A stretch of DNA of 64,000 bases from Dimorphilus gyrociliatus. Taxonomy: Eukaryota; Animalia; Annelida. Below the pieces are notes generated by a model. It saw only the letters and a program-made list of their open reading frames with translations, searched no databases and was not told where the DNA came from. Positions 1-13,800 of the stretch are shown piece by piece. Numbering within the stretch: the first letter of the stretch is position 1; each line of letters begins with the position of its first letter. Location: positions 186,001 through 250,000 of the forward strand of contig CAJFCJ010000018.1 of assembly GCA_904063045.1 (NCBI GenBank). The letters run 5' to 3'. The position numbers and the translations under genes are program-made.

Positions 1-228
1 ATTGAAAGTATTAATCCTATACTCTATTTATCAGGCAGAATCAGGACGCAAGTGGTTAAATGAATATGGTTAAAAACTTATGCGTTTGCTAGATTTAATA
101 CCACATGTGTTGTTTTGGCCATTTTTCTTTAAAATTGGCTATCGATAAATTTTAATGAACCAGATATCTTACAATACTTAGGCTTTAGTAAAATTATCCT
201 GAATTCGTCTAAAAAAAGAAGACTTTAC

Positions 229-811
229 CTTCAAGAAGAAGGACTTTTCTTCCCTCGGTTTCTAAAGCGCTCATTAGGAGGTTAAAAGCCTCTGATGTAT
301 CGTTTCGAACCCGTGAACTCTCGTCGTACAAAACCAACTCCAAATTGCAGTTGTTTTCATATCTTTGTCTGACACAGGGTGTTGATATGATGTCTTCGAC
401 TTTGACATTACCTTGTATGAATTTTTTCTTAACAATCTTATTTTCAACGCAAATATTGATAGAGTTCATAATATGGCATTTCGAATAACAGTGAAAGGAC
501 CGAGTGTCGATGATCAGAACTTTATGAATAACCTTTTCCAAGTCAAGCGGAGAAATTGTCTTAGAATTTATAGAGCGAAGTATGTCCATTGTTTTGCAGC
601 TTGTGTCCAGTTTCAAACATTTTTTGTTCTTCGACTGAAGAGTCTTAGGGCAAAGAGTGATAGGTCGACTTTCGTCATTCGCTTTTCTTAAATCTTTTTT
701 TGAGGGAGAGGGAGAAGCTTTAGCTGAACCTCGACGGGAAGAAGAGTTTCGACCTACGGTAAGTCGAGTAAGAGTACAGGATCGTTGATCAATGGCAGAT
801 AGAGTGGTCAT
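229..811 (-). CDS. DUSP10: First coding exon of a dual-specificity MAP kinase phosphatase (rhodanese/CH2 domain, DUSP10/MKP5-like); the gene continues off the left edge
   Basis: The ORF 811-209 encodes VLIIDTRSF..Y..CHI..SINI and KKFIQGNVKVEDIIS...LVLYDES...LETEGRKVLLLEG, typical of the MKP rhodanese domain. A GTAAAG donor follows at 228. The catalytic domain is outside the window, so the subfamily call is tentative. Confidence 0.75.
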
Positions 812-2077
812 TATTCTTTGTGATTTTTCAATACTTGGGTTTATTTAATAAAAAAAAAACTTAAATGTAGATGTAGTTTCTTGACAGTATTTGAGTGAAG
901 TCGAGCTAGCTGAAAATGGCTGATTTTATATCAAACAACATACGTGAACTAAATCGTTGAACAATATCATGTCTGTTATACCATTTTGCTTCGTGAACCC
1001 TCGACCAATAAGCATGTCTCTTACATATTACTTTCAGTTCTTTTTATAGGTGTAATAGATCTTTGTGAAATTGGTGAAGAGTATTGCGAAATTTGTATGA
1101 AATAATTCATTAATATTAATTATAAACTATAATCGATAGAAGATTAGCACAACATGTTATAAAAAGTATGTAAAAAGAAGGTGTAGCTTTTTAATAATCA
1201 GATATTGATTAATCGTTCGTGAAAAAATATTCTTGAACTTTGTAGATCCTATTGAGTATTTCGGTATTCTAAGTGCATTTATTCATAAACCAAAAATTTC
1301 CATTGCAATTGACAAATGCTGGTCTTATTTACTTCAGAAAGCATTTAACCTATTCATGATCCTCTTTGTTAAAAATTATTAGACATTATGAAATAGTTCA
1401 GCTGAAATTGTAGATGAGTAAATTCTCCCTAACTGCTAATATTGTTATGTGAGAACAATTACCTCTTACAGGTCTGAAAACTTATAGATTTTATTCAAGC
1501 TGACGGTGAAAAGGTGTTGTAATATATATTTCATATTTGAAACAATAGAGACAATTGTATAATAGAGATTACAATATAGAATGTATATTCATTGTTAACT
1601 TTAACGGCTATTTTCAATCTAATAACGAGTTTTATAAAATTCCGAGATAGGAATATATTAAGTGAATCATGTTTTATTTTTACAAAAACCTCCTGAAATA
1701 AGGTTTTAGCAATGTTCTTCCTAGAAGAATCCTATGTAATAATGTTGTATATCATTGTGTGTAAACGAAGAGAGGCTGTAAAGAAAAATTTGATAAGCTA
1801 TTGGTTGTCTCTTTAAACTCTAAAGAATCAATACAATCCAGTACATATCATGTTTATTATTTACTTTTCTGTAGTATGTGCTAAGAATTTGACATTACAT
1901 TTAAACGAATAGTCAATTTCATGTTCTTTTCCCTTTTGGTATGGAATTAAATGTGATAAATCTAAAACTGTTCCTTCCTATACAATTTAGTTATTCACAA
2001 ACGATTTAATTCTCTGCTCAATATTAACCACACTCCCTAATGACTATTACATTATAGAAGCCTAAATTTCTTTACCC

Positions 2078-3285
2078 TTAAGAGCAAAGTCTGTGGATTC
2101 TCGAAGGACATGAAAACTGCACCCAATTTAAACTTTGTCCAGCTGTGCTTCCTGGTTTTTTACAGAGACCTATTACATCAGCTTTACGTTTAGTCAATTT
2201 TGTAATCCACAGCATTGAGCAATTGCAATTTAGTGGATTGTCCTCTAGAATCAGTCGCTGTAGTCGATTTATTGAAGATAGACCACATTTTCCGTCCGCT
2301 AATTTACCTATTGTCTCCAGCCTGTTGTCGCTTAAGTTTAGAATTCTAAGATTATTAAGAGTTGCAAATGCTTGATAGGATATACTCCATAATTTGTTGC
2401 TTGTTAAAGATACTTCTTTCAGATATCTTAGGCCCCGGAACATGCTTTTACGAATTTTTGTTAGTCGATTCCTATTTGCTGAGAATTTTTGTAGTCGAGG
2501 AACTGTGATAAGGCTTTTTAAAGATGCCAATTTATTATCGTCGAGGCTTAGCGTTTCCAGCCTATACAACCCTTTTAGAGCACCTATCGAGAGAGTTTCA
2601 ATTCATAATAATACATTCCTTTTCATATATACAAAAGTGAACAACTCTACTTACCAGGCTTTAAAACCGATAAATGGTTTCCGGAAAGGTCTAGCGTATG
2701 CAATTTTGCTAGATGCAAAAACGTATTATCTAGAATTTCCTTCAATCGGTTATCCTTGAAATTTAGAATAGATAAAGACACCAATCCTCGAAAGGAATCT
2801 GTCTTGAGAAGACTTATTCTGTTGTGTGCCAAACTCAATTCTTCCAGTCCGTGATTATCATCGAACAAACCAACTGGAATGGTAAAGAAATTGTTATGGT
2901 CCAAAAGTATGCGATTAAGTTTGCTCATACGACGGAAGACCGCCCAATGAAGGATCGAAAGCGGATTATATCGCAAGTTTAGAGTTTGTAAAGAATTTCG
3001 TATAGGCCCATTAAATGCCCTAGGAGAAACATTAATTAAACGATTTCTACTGAAGTTAACAGTTTTTGCATCAACATTCTCAAATGAGTTGGGACCAATA
3101 AAACTCAAGTGATTTCTTGATAGATCCATAACAGAATATCGAATTTTTTCTCCTCTGAATTGAGGAATATCTTCAAAACCACGAAATGAACAATCCACAG
3201 TTGTTTTTCCACGGCAGAAGCAAGAATCGCTCGGACAGGAGATGACTGTCTTTAAAAAAGCAGTTAAGATTATTACTACCATCAT
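2078..3285 (-). CDS. Secreted leucine-rich repeat protein (signal peptide, LRRNT, about 13 LRRs, LRRCT, no TM), 2 exons
   Basis: Exon 3285-2655, a 71-nt GT-AG intron (2654-2584) and exon 2583-2078 join in frame (..LKP-G-ALKGLYRLE..). The protein has a hydrophobic N-terminus, a CPSDSCFC..VDC cap, LxxLxLxxN repeats and an NPLNCNC..W..C..P C-terminal cap. Confidence 0.85.
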
Positions 3286-4040
3286 GTTGCTTTCTTTATA
3301 AAAGAAGCGTCACTAGACGAAACGCCCTCTGTAAGCCATATGAATTCGCATGTTTATTAATAAACAACAATGTGTAAGCTCATCTGTGACGGTAATGAAC
3401 AGATAGCACGGGTTATAGACTAAAATATTGGAAATATTAGATTTCAATGAGAATCAACATTGGTGTATTATATTTTTAAATATTTTTAAAATGTCTGCTG
3501 ATATAAATAAAGAGAATTACATGTTATAGTTTAGTTGTTCATTCATTTGACATTAAACTGCAAACACTTAAATGTCTTCAATATACAAGGCAAGAAATTA
3601 ATGGCAAAGTATCACATGTTATATATCATGATGTCCCATACTCAGGTTTTGGTAATCTGTGTTTTAAAAAAAATAGTACTCCCATATCAAAAGCACTAAA
3701 ATATTTACGAACGGTATACTGAAGGAAGCAATGTTTTTAAAGTTTTCGTTTTGTATTGAGTACTAAAACACAATGAGTAAAGCTATGCAAAATTACGTTA
3801 CCATTTAAAAAAATTACTATTTCATGGAGTTCAATTATTTACTATTTCTTAGGGATATTTACAGTTCTAGCGGACACGTTGATCAGTACTAGATCAAATA
3901 AGCTTCATAAGTTAGGGTAGTTGCAAGCTCTCTTCTATTGGACACTACTCGTAAATTTTTACGCGAGGCATGACTGAACATATTTAACACGCTAACTCAA
4001 AAACAAAGAATACAACAGGTTAATGACAATCTGAAAGCAA

Positions 4041-4056
4041 CCTCTAGATGGCACTG
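4041..4056 (+). promoter_or_regulatory. CTCF-like motif CCTCTAGATGGCACTG between the LRR gene and KMT2C/D; a partial second copy lies at 4256-4269
   Basis: It is a GC-rich match to the CTCF core CC.CTAGATGGC[AG]C in an AT-rich intergenic region. This is a motif match only. Confidence 0.4.
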
Positions 4057-4885
4057 ACGTAGTAATAACAATATATACTAATTACATACAAATTTGCATA
4101 TATTTCGTGCATTTTCATCAGTAAATTAATGGTTTTTTAGAGAAATACTAAAATTAATTCATTAAATAATTTAGGATTGACTAGTTAGTTAAATATGCAA
4201 CACAATGTGAATAATGTAAACTTAGAGATATCGTTGCTAACGTTATAGTGTACTTAATAGATGGCAGCACATATGGGCAAAATATCCTTATTCCAAGTAC
4301 GCAAACTCAATGATCTTTCTGGAAAAGAAGGTTATTGTTAAATAAAATTAAAATATTTGATTTACAAAGATTTAAAGTATTCTATTTGGAATTTGGTTAA
4401 AAATTTGCGATTGATAGAGAGAACTACTTTTTTTCCGGCTGCGGATTTATACATAGCGTGGTTGTTACAAGGCTGGTAAAATGGCGAGCTAGTCAAAATT
4501 AGTGAAATAAAGCGACGGCAACGCTTATAAGTAAGGTACCTTTTGTATTTCAATAAGCATTTGATGAGTTCATTTATTATAAATGTTATGGAATTTTTTA
4601 CGATTATCATTGTTGACGAAACATGCGAAATAAAATTATTTCTTTTTTTTCAATCCTTACGTGTGATATTTAATTATTTGTGAATCTTTCAAGTTTTTCT
4701 AGCAATCAAAGTTGTATTTTAATTTAAATATTGTAATAGCAAAATTGTATATATTACGCATTGTAAATTTCGTGTTAAAAGGGTTATTAGATGCAAGATT
4801 TCATCTTACCCTCCACAATCTATGGTGTCCTCTATGTGTTTGATAACCTGTCACTAAAATTGCATTTAAACCATTTATAGACGGA

Positions 4886-7800
4886 ATGGAAGACAACGAT
4901 AAAAAAGATGATGATAAAGAACAAGCGCCGTTGCAGAGGGCAAGTTCATCTCTCAGTATCAATTCAGATTCAGCATCTGGTACGTCGACACCTAGATCGA
5001 CGACTCCAGCGTCCACCCTAAACATACGTCCAACGAATACCAACCAGCAAATTCAATCTTTGTTGAATATTCAAGAGTTGTATAGGCAGGCAGCTGAAAA
5101 TCAATTAATGCAAGCAGCCTCGGACCCTTTGGCATTAATGTCATTGGGTTTTGCTCCTATGGGATACACAAGTTTACCTGGTTTGACGGCACCGCAAAAG
5201 CCGACTGGCAGAAGTAGAGGCAGACCAAAGAAGGATTCACCAAAAAGTCCTCCAGCGAAAGTTAAGACTACAAGAACGAAAACTGGTCAAAGAACAAAAA
5301 CTCTTTGTAGAATAAATGCGGCTCATCGTCAAAAAGTGGAGAAAAGTGATGCTGAGCCAAATTCGACGCTTCCCTCACCAATAGTATCTCAACCTATGAA
5401 CAGTGCACAACTTTTAGCTGCAATGGCGACTGGTTTGAGAACCCCTGATTTAACATTTGTTAATCCATTTGCCGGACTAGTTCCTGGTTTATCGGCAACT
5501 CCTTTCGTAACTCCTATTGTGCCTCAAAATGTAATAGGAGGAAATGGAGGACAGGAAGAGTCAGCTAGCAATGCAAGCGAGAGTGTTCCAACAACTCGTA
5601 CGTGATTTAATAGCTTAGGTCTTTCATCTAAACATTTTTTTTTCCAGCGGTATCAGCCGGTGTCATGGGCGAATCACAAAATCTGAGTTTAGCCAGAAGA
5701 TCTGGAGATGGAATAAAGAGTGAAGAATCATCTATTTCGGACGCGCCGTTAGTTTGTTTATGATCTATTTTTTTTTTTTAAACTCAAATATTACAGGGAG
5801 GAAGAGCATAAAAGATGTTCCTTGTGCAATTGCACCAACAAATCGGTTTTAGGTCAAGGAAGTCTATTGAAATTTGACCCAACACCGGACTATGATGTGT
5901 TTTCGAAATCTTTTGCGCTAAAAAACGAGCCAGTTTCGGATAGTGAAGAAAAGAACACAGAAAAAGTACAAAAGCCTTTAACATGGCGAAGAAATCGAGG
6001 GCCTTGTAAATCTGTCATCAAGTATAACGTTTTTAAAATTACCTATAGTTTTTATTAAACTCATTGTAATTAACTTAGGGAAAGAAGTAAATCACCCAGA
6101 GCAGAAGAACTCACATGTACTGACATTAAGGGATCTGAAGATATGCTAAATGCAATTGGTTTTGACGAAGTTGGCGTACATGATGTGTACGAAAAAACTG
6201 GTCACACTTGGGTTCATCAAAGTTGTGCCACCTGGTCAGAAGGGGTTGTTCAGACTGAATCATACACTTTGCTATATGTCGATAAAGCCGTATTTTCATC
6301 TCTGTCAGAAAAATGTGCTCTTTGCAAACGCTATGGAGCGTCAATACCTTGCCAAGAATGTCTTAAAAAGTATCATTTTCCTTGTGCTGCAGCAGCTGCT
6401 TGTTTTCAGGATATGAAAACATATAATATGTTATGTCCAGAACATGCTCTTCCGACAGCAACTATAGTCAAGGAAAGTACACCCTGCATAGTTTGTGATA
6501 CTTTGGGAAATCTGCAAGAGTTATTGTTTTGTACCACATGCGGACAGCATTACCACGGTCAGTGCTTAGATCCTCATGTGACCGTCTCTCCCGTAGTTAG
6601 AGCTGGTTGGCAATGTCCAGATTGTAAAATTTGTCAAGGATGTCGTGAACCTGGAGACGACATGAGAATATTAGTTTGCGACACTTGTGACAAAGCATTT
6701 CATACTTATTGCCTGAAACCAGCTGTCACTTCGATTCCAAAAAATGGCTGGAAATGTGCTTCGTGTAGAGTTTGCTCGGACTGTGGATCTAGAACCCCTG
6801 GATCCGGTCCTAGCTCTAGATGGCACTTACACTTCACAGTTTGCGATTCCTGTTATCAGCAAAGAAATAAGGGAGTGTGTTGTCCAGAATGCGGAAGTGC
6901 TTACAGGCAATTTACACATAAGGATATGGTGCTATGTTCCTCGTGCAATAAGTATGTTCATCTACAGTGCGCTCGAAATACTCTAAAAGATGTCGATAAG
7001 ACCAAAATATCACAAACAGAATATACATGCTCTGTTTGTAAAGGAAAAGATAAATTACATGCAAGTTTCGGTATTGTTGCACCTCAATCGTCTTCCTCTA
7101 GTTTGGATTTAGCAGTCCCAAAAGAAATGGAAAAATTTGAAGTTTTTAATCAATGGAAAGGCATGGATATGGCCGGAAAAAGGGAAGATAGAAGAATAAG
7201 TGATGCTTCGGTTCGGTCTAGCTATACCGATAATATGTCAGTATATGGCGATTCCAATGATTGCTTGTACGGCTTAGAGAAGATTTCTGGAACAATATCT
7301 GATTCTCAAACTAGTCTGGATGACTTCGGATTAGATATTTCAAAATGCGCTAATACACTAGGATTCTCAATGACAGTGGGAAGAAAGAAACCCTCACGAG
7401 GAAAGGGTGGCAAAGGTAAAGGCGGAGCTAACATCTGCAAAAGACGACCACCAAAGACATCTCGGAACGAAGAACGGAAAAGAAGTAAAGGTACAAAGAA
7501 TGGTTTTGGCTCCACAGATGGCAGTAAGCATTCAGACGAAGAACAGCATTCAACAGCAATTATATGTGCAAGTAATGATGATGTTGTACTCAAACAGGTA
7601 AACAAATATAATTTTCGACTTAATATTTTTATAACAAGGAATAATTTTTAATAGGATGTATGTACAAGTTGTGGTAGTGTTGGAAGAGGAGAAGAGGGAA
7701 GGCTCATTGCTTGTGCCCAATGCGGACAATGCTATCATCCGTATTGTGTAAATGTGAAGGTACAAAATACGCTTATCCAAAGAAAATCAGCTAAAGATTT

Positions 7801-10800
7801 TCGTTTTCAGTTGAATCAAATAGTCATTCAGAAAGGTTGGCGTTGTCTTGATTGCACTGTCTGTGAAGGATGTGGAAAGCCTCACGATGAAAGTCGTCTG
7901 ATTTTGTGTGATGATTGCGATATTTCTTATCATATTTACTGTCTCGATCCTCCCCTTGACCACGTTCCAAAAGGTTCCTGGAAATGTAAGCGATGTGTTA
8001 TGTGCAAATCGTGCGGCTCAACTACACCTGGCTATAGGTGTCAATGGCAAAGTAATTGGACGCAATGCGCTCCTTGCTCTAGCTTGAATACATGTCCGAT
8101 TTGCACAAGAAACTATATGGATAATGATTTGATTATTATGTGTGGCTATTGCGAAAGGTAAGGGCTATGTTTTTTCTACCACAAAATCCATTTGTCTGAT
8201 AAAAGTTGGCTCATACTGTTGAATTCTTTGTTTACTCTTGGAACAGTGACTAAGCACGCTTGAGTGCTCATTAATCCATCAGCTGTTAGTACAAATGATT
8301 CGAACCATTTTTTTTTTCTTAAATTGAAATACGATAATTTGTTCTCATTGTTAGCCATTTTGTAATCATGGCCTCCTATCACATATATATTATGGCCCAG
8401 TAAAATGACAGAATGCATTGCTCGTCCTCTTGGCATTTTAGGATAAGATGTATTCCAAGTACCAAAAATTTTAGCTCTCTCTCCTGTACATTGAAATGAT
8501 ATGATGGTGTCATGCTGCCTTTCTTTGGCGGTCTTCATTTGCTTGTCATAGTCAAATCCCATTCCACCAATTATATATATAACTCCTCTATGGCATATCA
8601 TGGAATGTCTTTCTCTTCCCGATGGAAGCACTGCTTCCCCTATTGCTTGTATCCAATGGTCCATTTTGAAATCATATTTCCAAAAAGAATTTATTGCTGT
8701 TTTCCCTGGCTCACTCACACCACCGCTAATGTATAATTGATCGCCAACAACACAAGAAGCATGATCAGCTCGAGGTTTTGGTAGTGGTTTCAATTCACTC
8801 CAAATGTCTTTTAAAGGATCATAGAACTCACAGTCCGCTATAATTTGTCCATGTCGATTTTCACCACCAATAACGAATATAAAATTTTCGTGAGTTTCAA
8901 CTGTAAATCTAATTCTTGTTGAAAGCATCGGGCGTCTCCTTAACCAGATATTATTTTTCGGATCATATGAAATACAGATGTTTGTGATATTACCACTTTC
9001 ATACTGTTTTCCTCCCAAAAAGAATATTATACCTCTAAACAAGACAACTTTGAATCCAATAATATCTTTAAGTCTTGGCCATGTAATTATATTCACTTTT
9101 GGAAATGGTCGAAGTCGCCTTTGAGAGTCCAAGAGCATATAATAAAATTTAGAACTGCCTATAAGAAATTACAATGTAAATAGATTAGAATAAATTTTTT
9201 ATTCACATCACTCTACCCGTGCTGGTATTAAAAACCATAAGATATGTATTAGAATCGCTAATTTTTGATGGATAGTTCAACTGATCAATAGTTAAACTTC
9301 TGTCCAACGTTGGGCGGAATTGTTTTTTTTCTAACTCTGTATAGGTTTTCGTTAACTCCATGGCGGTCTGTGAACACTTGATATACTAGAGTTTTCAGTT
9401 GCTTCACAGTTGATCCCCTCTCAATAGCGCTTTGTCATTACTTCGATATTATTGATCAATAATTTGGTTATTCTGTGCCATTTGCTAAAATTATGAGTCT
9501 TCTGTAGGAATGTACTTTTGTTTGCTCTGAATAGCCTTGTATTTCCATTTTAGGTGGCTGCATGCCGAATGCGATAATATTAGAACAGAAGATGAAGCTG
9601 ACAAAGCAGTGGAAAGTGGTTATCATTGTATATTATGTAGGCCGTTTACTGGACATAAAGTTTCGGGTAAGTATAAATTTACGATTCATCAAACAACTTA
9701 ACTTACTGTTTTTAAAATTGTCATGCATTTTTTTAGTTCCAGCATATGCTGCCGAAAATGAAACAACTGATAACTCACAAAAAAGTACTGGAAACACTCC
9801 TGCCTTATCAATAACAATAAATCCTTTGAGCATGTCTCCTAAGGCTCAAAATATAGAAACACCGTCAACGCCCAGAAGTGTTAAACGTTACATGTTGGAT
9901 GGAGTTTTCTTATCTGAAAGAGGAATTGATCACATTCGAAGTTTAACAATAAAAGTGCCAGAAAAACCTAAGAGACCGTAAGTAATTTTTCATGGCGCCA
10001 TCTATGCTTTAAATTTTAGTAGATTTGTTTGCAATTAATACTTATCAACCCTTCATGTTTAATAGTGAATGTATTGTCATCATGTCTAGATTTATGCTTT
10101 CAACCGACAGGCGAAAACAAAAGCTATCAAATGATAAACAAAAAGGCGCCCTCAACAAATTGTTTGATTTAGATGAGAATGATGATGGTAAAGATGATGA
10201 AGAGGGAGAAGATGGTATTTCTAAAGAAGAAACAATGTCAATTTCAGAAAGACGAAAAAACAGGCGAGTTCAACTGCTGGGGATTGGTGGCTTTTGCCCT
10301 CGAAAACGAACGCCAGCAAGAGGTGGAGTTCCTAGACATAGAGGTGGAGGAGCCAGAGTATTAAACAGAATGGATAGTCAAACAGGTTTGTATCAATTAT
10401 TGCTTGATAATCTCATCTGTAAATAAATTGTTATTTTTCAGATGCACAAGAAGACATGAATCTCGAAATGGAAAATGGTAAAAGAAAACGTAAACCGTTT
10501 AGAAGAGCCAGAAGATGTTATTTAGAAGAATACTTCCCAAGCTATCTTCAGGAAGCTTTCTTTGGTAAAACATTAGTGGATCGATCTAAGAATGCGGAGG
10601 TTAAGGAACTTGATGAAGAAAAAGAAGATGGTGGTGATGAAGTTGGAAAGGGATCTCTGTTGGGCTACCCAACAAAGTCCTTCCTGGATAGAACAGTTGG
10701 TGTTTTTTAAAATGTAATAAATAAAGCTATATTAATATATTTAATACCTAGACATCGGAGTCAACAACTGCTTTTGTAGCCACACCGCCTCGACAGCAAG

Positions 10801-13800
10801 AAACATCCGATCAACACGTGGATTCTAATTATGGTAAATATTACACTTTTTGAAATTTTTTGATAGTAATAGCCTGGTTCTCTTCAGAAGATGATTTGAA
10901 AGATATTTTACCGTCAGACGTCGATATGGAGCTGTTCATTAATACTAATTTGAAAACTGACGAATTAACAGAGCAATCTGAAAATGTGTTTGAACCAAGC
11001 ATTGACAATGATGAACCAATGAGCGCTGTAGATGATATTAATTTACCTCAGGATCTCAATAAACTGGAAGAGATGGATTCTAAAACTGTTGAGGAATTAC
11101 TTGGTGTAATGAATGAAGAAAATGAAGAAAACGTTCAGGTAATGAGAAATTATTTTTGCACTAAATTCTAAATGGGAATATTTTTTAGGTTGAACCACCA
11201 GCAAGCAATTTAAGTGAAGCTTCAACACCCTCTAATTCTGGTCCACCTTCTGTCGCTGCATCATCTAACGATGGTTCTAACACTGTACCACAAGGGCCCC
11301 TTAGTGGTGGACATAGTCTTCCTGATGCTCAAGGTATGTAGCTTAATTTTTGTGTGGTATGTAGCTATAGCGATTGAAATATGCGTTTCTAATTATTTTG
11401 TCTTGTAATTAAATCGAATGTTCCCCTCTGTATGCGGTTTCTTTAAAAGAGAAGACTCTTTTATTCTTCTCAAAATAATATGAATATTTAGTAAATTATG
11501 TTGCAAATTTTTCAGGCCATTTAATGTTGTTTTATGGTTTGTAGAACACTGAATTTCTGTTTATTTTTATTCATAATTTCACTATGCTTTCGTTTCCCTT
11601 GGTTTAGTTTAGTTATAGTAGTAAGATAAATTTGCATGGCATTAGGAAAGCGAAAACAATCAAATAATGTGAAAATATATCAATAAGCTTTGCTTTCCTA
11701 TTGAATTTGCACTGGCCAAATTTTGGCATGTACTGTTCTTTTGAAATCTGGTTTATGAATTTTTTTTAAATGATTTTTACTCTTTTACTGTAGACATTGG
11801 CTACCGTGGTTTACTTTTTAAAAATAAAGTTTATTTTTTTAATCAAAAATATTATTTTTCAGAAAATAATTTTCCACTACCGGCAATGCACGGATTTTCC
11901 ACCAATACAACAGCAACTCCTCCACAACACCCTATAAGCTTACCTGCTATGTCTCCTAGACCAGCTGGAATTCAAAGATATCCATTACAAGGAGGTGTTC
12001 GACCACCGCATCCTCATACAGTAGCTCAGCCGACACATAGCCCAGTTTCATATCCACCCTCAAGTGTCATGCAGCAACCTCACCCATCTGCAGGAAATAT
12101 GGCGCTTATGCATCCTACTCCAAACCAAGGAACATCTCACACTCAAGAATATCCTGGAGTTTTTATGGACAATAATCAAGTCAGACCACACGGACCATCA
12201 GCACCCACACCGACTTGGCCACAACAGCAGCCAAGTGAAAGTGATCAGAGTTACAGTAAACGAAATATTGCAAAATGGCAGCTTGACGAACCTCTTGGTG
12301 ACATGGCAACAATTTCTCCAGTCCTCTATTGTAATATGAAGCATCCAGAACTTAAGGAGAAATATCCCGATTGGAACGAACGATCTAAGCAAATTGCTAA
12401 ATTATGGAGAAAAGTTCCTTCTGATGTACGAGCTCCTTTTCTCACAAAAGCGAGAGAGAATCGCGCAGCATCACGGCTGACAAAAGCACAAAGAGTTACA
12501 AACGATTATAGAAAGAAAAAGACATCAACAACCGATATGCCCCCACCCCCACCTCCAAAAAATTTACCAGAGACACCGTCTCCGATAGCTTTACCTTTAT
12601 CTTCACCTGTTGGAAGCTCTAGTCCATCCACATCTTCAGCTGCTAATGTTACAACTAGTCCCGTCATAGCCCCAATTAATTCTCCACAAACGGGAAATAA
12701 TAATAATAGTAACAATAATAATAATAATCCAATGTCAGCTCCTGTAACACCATCAAATGAAGATAGTCAGCATTCTTGGGCAGAGAAGCCTCACAGTCCA
12801 GAAGAAAATGTGACTCAACCAGAACCCAAATCCATAAAAGAAGAGAAAGAAGAGACAGGAGATATAGAGACCAAAAAGAATATATCGTCAACTACTATTT
12901 CAACACAATCGCCTCAATGTATTCCACCACCTTTACCGCAAAATCCAGGTCAAGCGCAGGTTCAGCCTCAGCCGCAAACTCAACCGCCACCTGTATCCCA
13001 ACAAGTGCAGGTTCATGCGCAAGCTCAAGCTAAGGCTCAAGCGCAGGCACAAGCTCAGGCTCAGGCTCAGGCTCAAGCACAAGCCCAGGCTCAAGCACAG
13101 GCACAGGCTCAAGCACAGGCTCAAGCCCAAGCACAGGCTCAAGCCCAAGCACAGGCTCAAGCCCAAGCTCAAGCCCAAGCTCAGGCTCAGGCTCAAGCGC
13201 AGGTACAGGCTCAGGCCCAAGCAAAAGTCCAAGGACAAAGCCCAGTCCAAGCCCAAGTTCAACCACAAGGTCAGCCTCAACACCCGCCTCAGCATCCGCC
13301 TCAATCTCAGAACCAACCTCAGACACAACCTCAAATACCGCAACAGCATCCGCAACAAACTCAACATCAACAGTTGCATTTGCAACCTCATCAGCAGATT
13401 CAGCAAGCTCAGATGCAACAACAGCAAATGCAGCAACAAATGCAACAACAGAGTGCAATCCATTCTGGTCCTGTTAGACCTCCCCTCCAGAGTCCACAGC
13501 CAATGCCAGGTAGAATGGAATATCCTGGCATCAGAACGACAAATTTTCAAGGTCAAATCAGACAGCCTGTCATGTCAGAATCATATACGGTAAATCGACC
13601 AATGCCACAACAGCAACCACAGCAACAACAGCCTCCTCAGCAGCAGCAACAGCAACAGCAGCATGACCACTTTCAATTTCAACCTCCAACACCCAGACTT
13701 ACGTCGCCAGATCATTACGATCCATACGCTCAACAGCCATCAACTCCCATGCCACAAGGAAATCCTCATGAGATCAGGCACAGAACTCCATATGGTCACC

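Noticed and set aside
4263-4274. GGCAGCACATAT (and GCAGCACATATAC at 40501) matching the start of U6 snRNA
   Set aside because: Only 12-13 nt match, with no ACAGAGA box or downstream U6 sequence.
4362-4610. 82-aa minus-strand ORF upstream of KMT2C/D
   Set aside because: It overlaps the likely KMT2C/D promoter and first exon, has an AT-biased amino-acid composition and shows no domain.
12933-13593. Alternative-frame and antisense ORFs rich in LSLS, LKLK and EPEL repeats (also CCCC and VVVV ORFs at 16299-16887)
   Set aside because: These are shadows of the QA and polyQ repeats in the KMT2C/D frame; such repeats lack stops in other frames.
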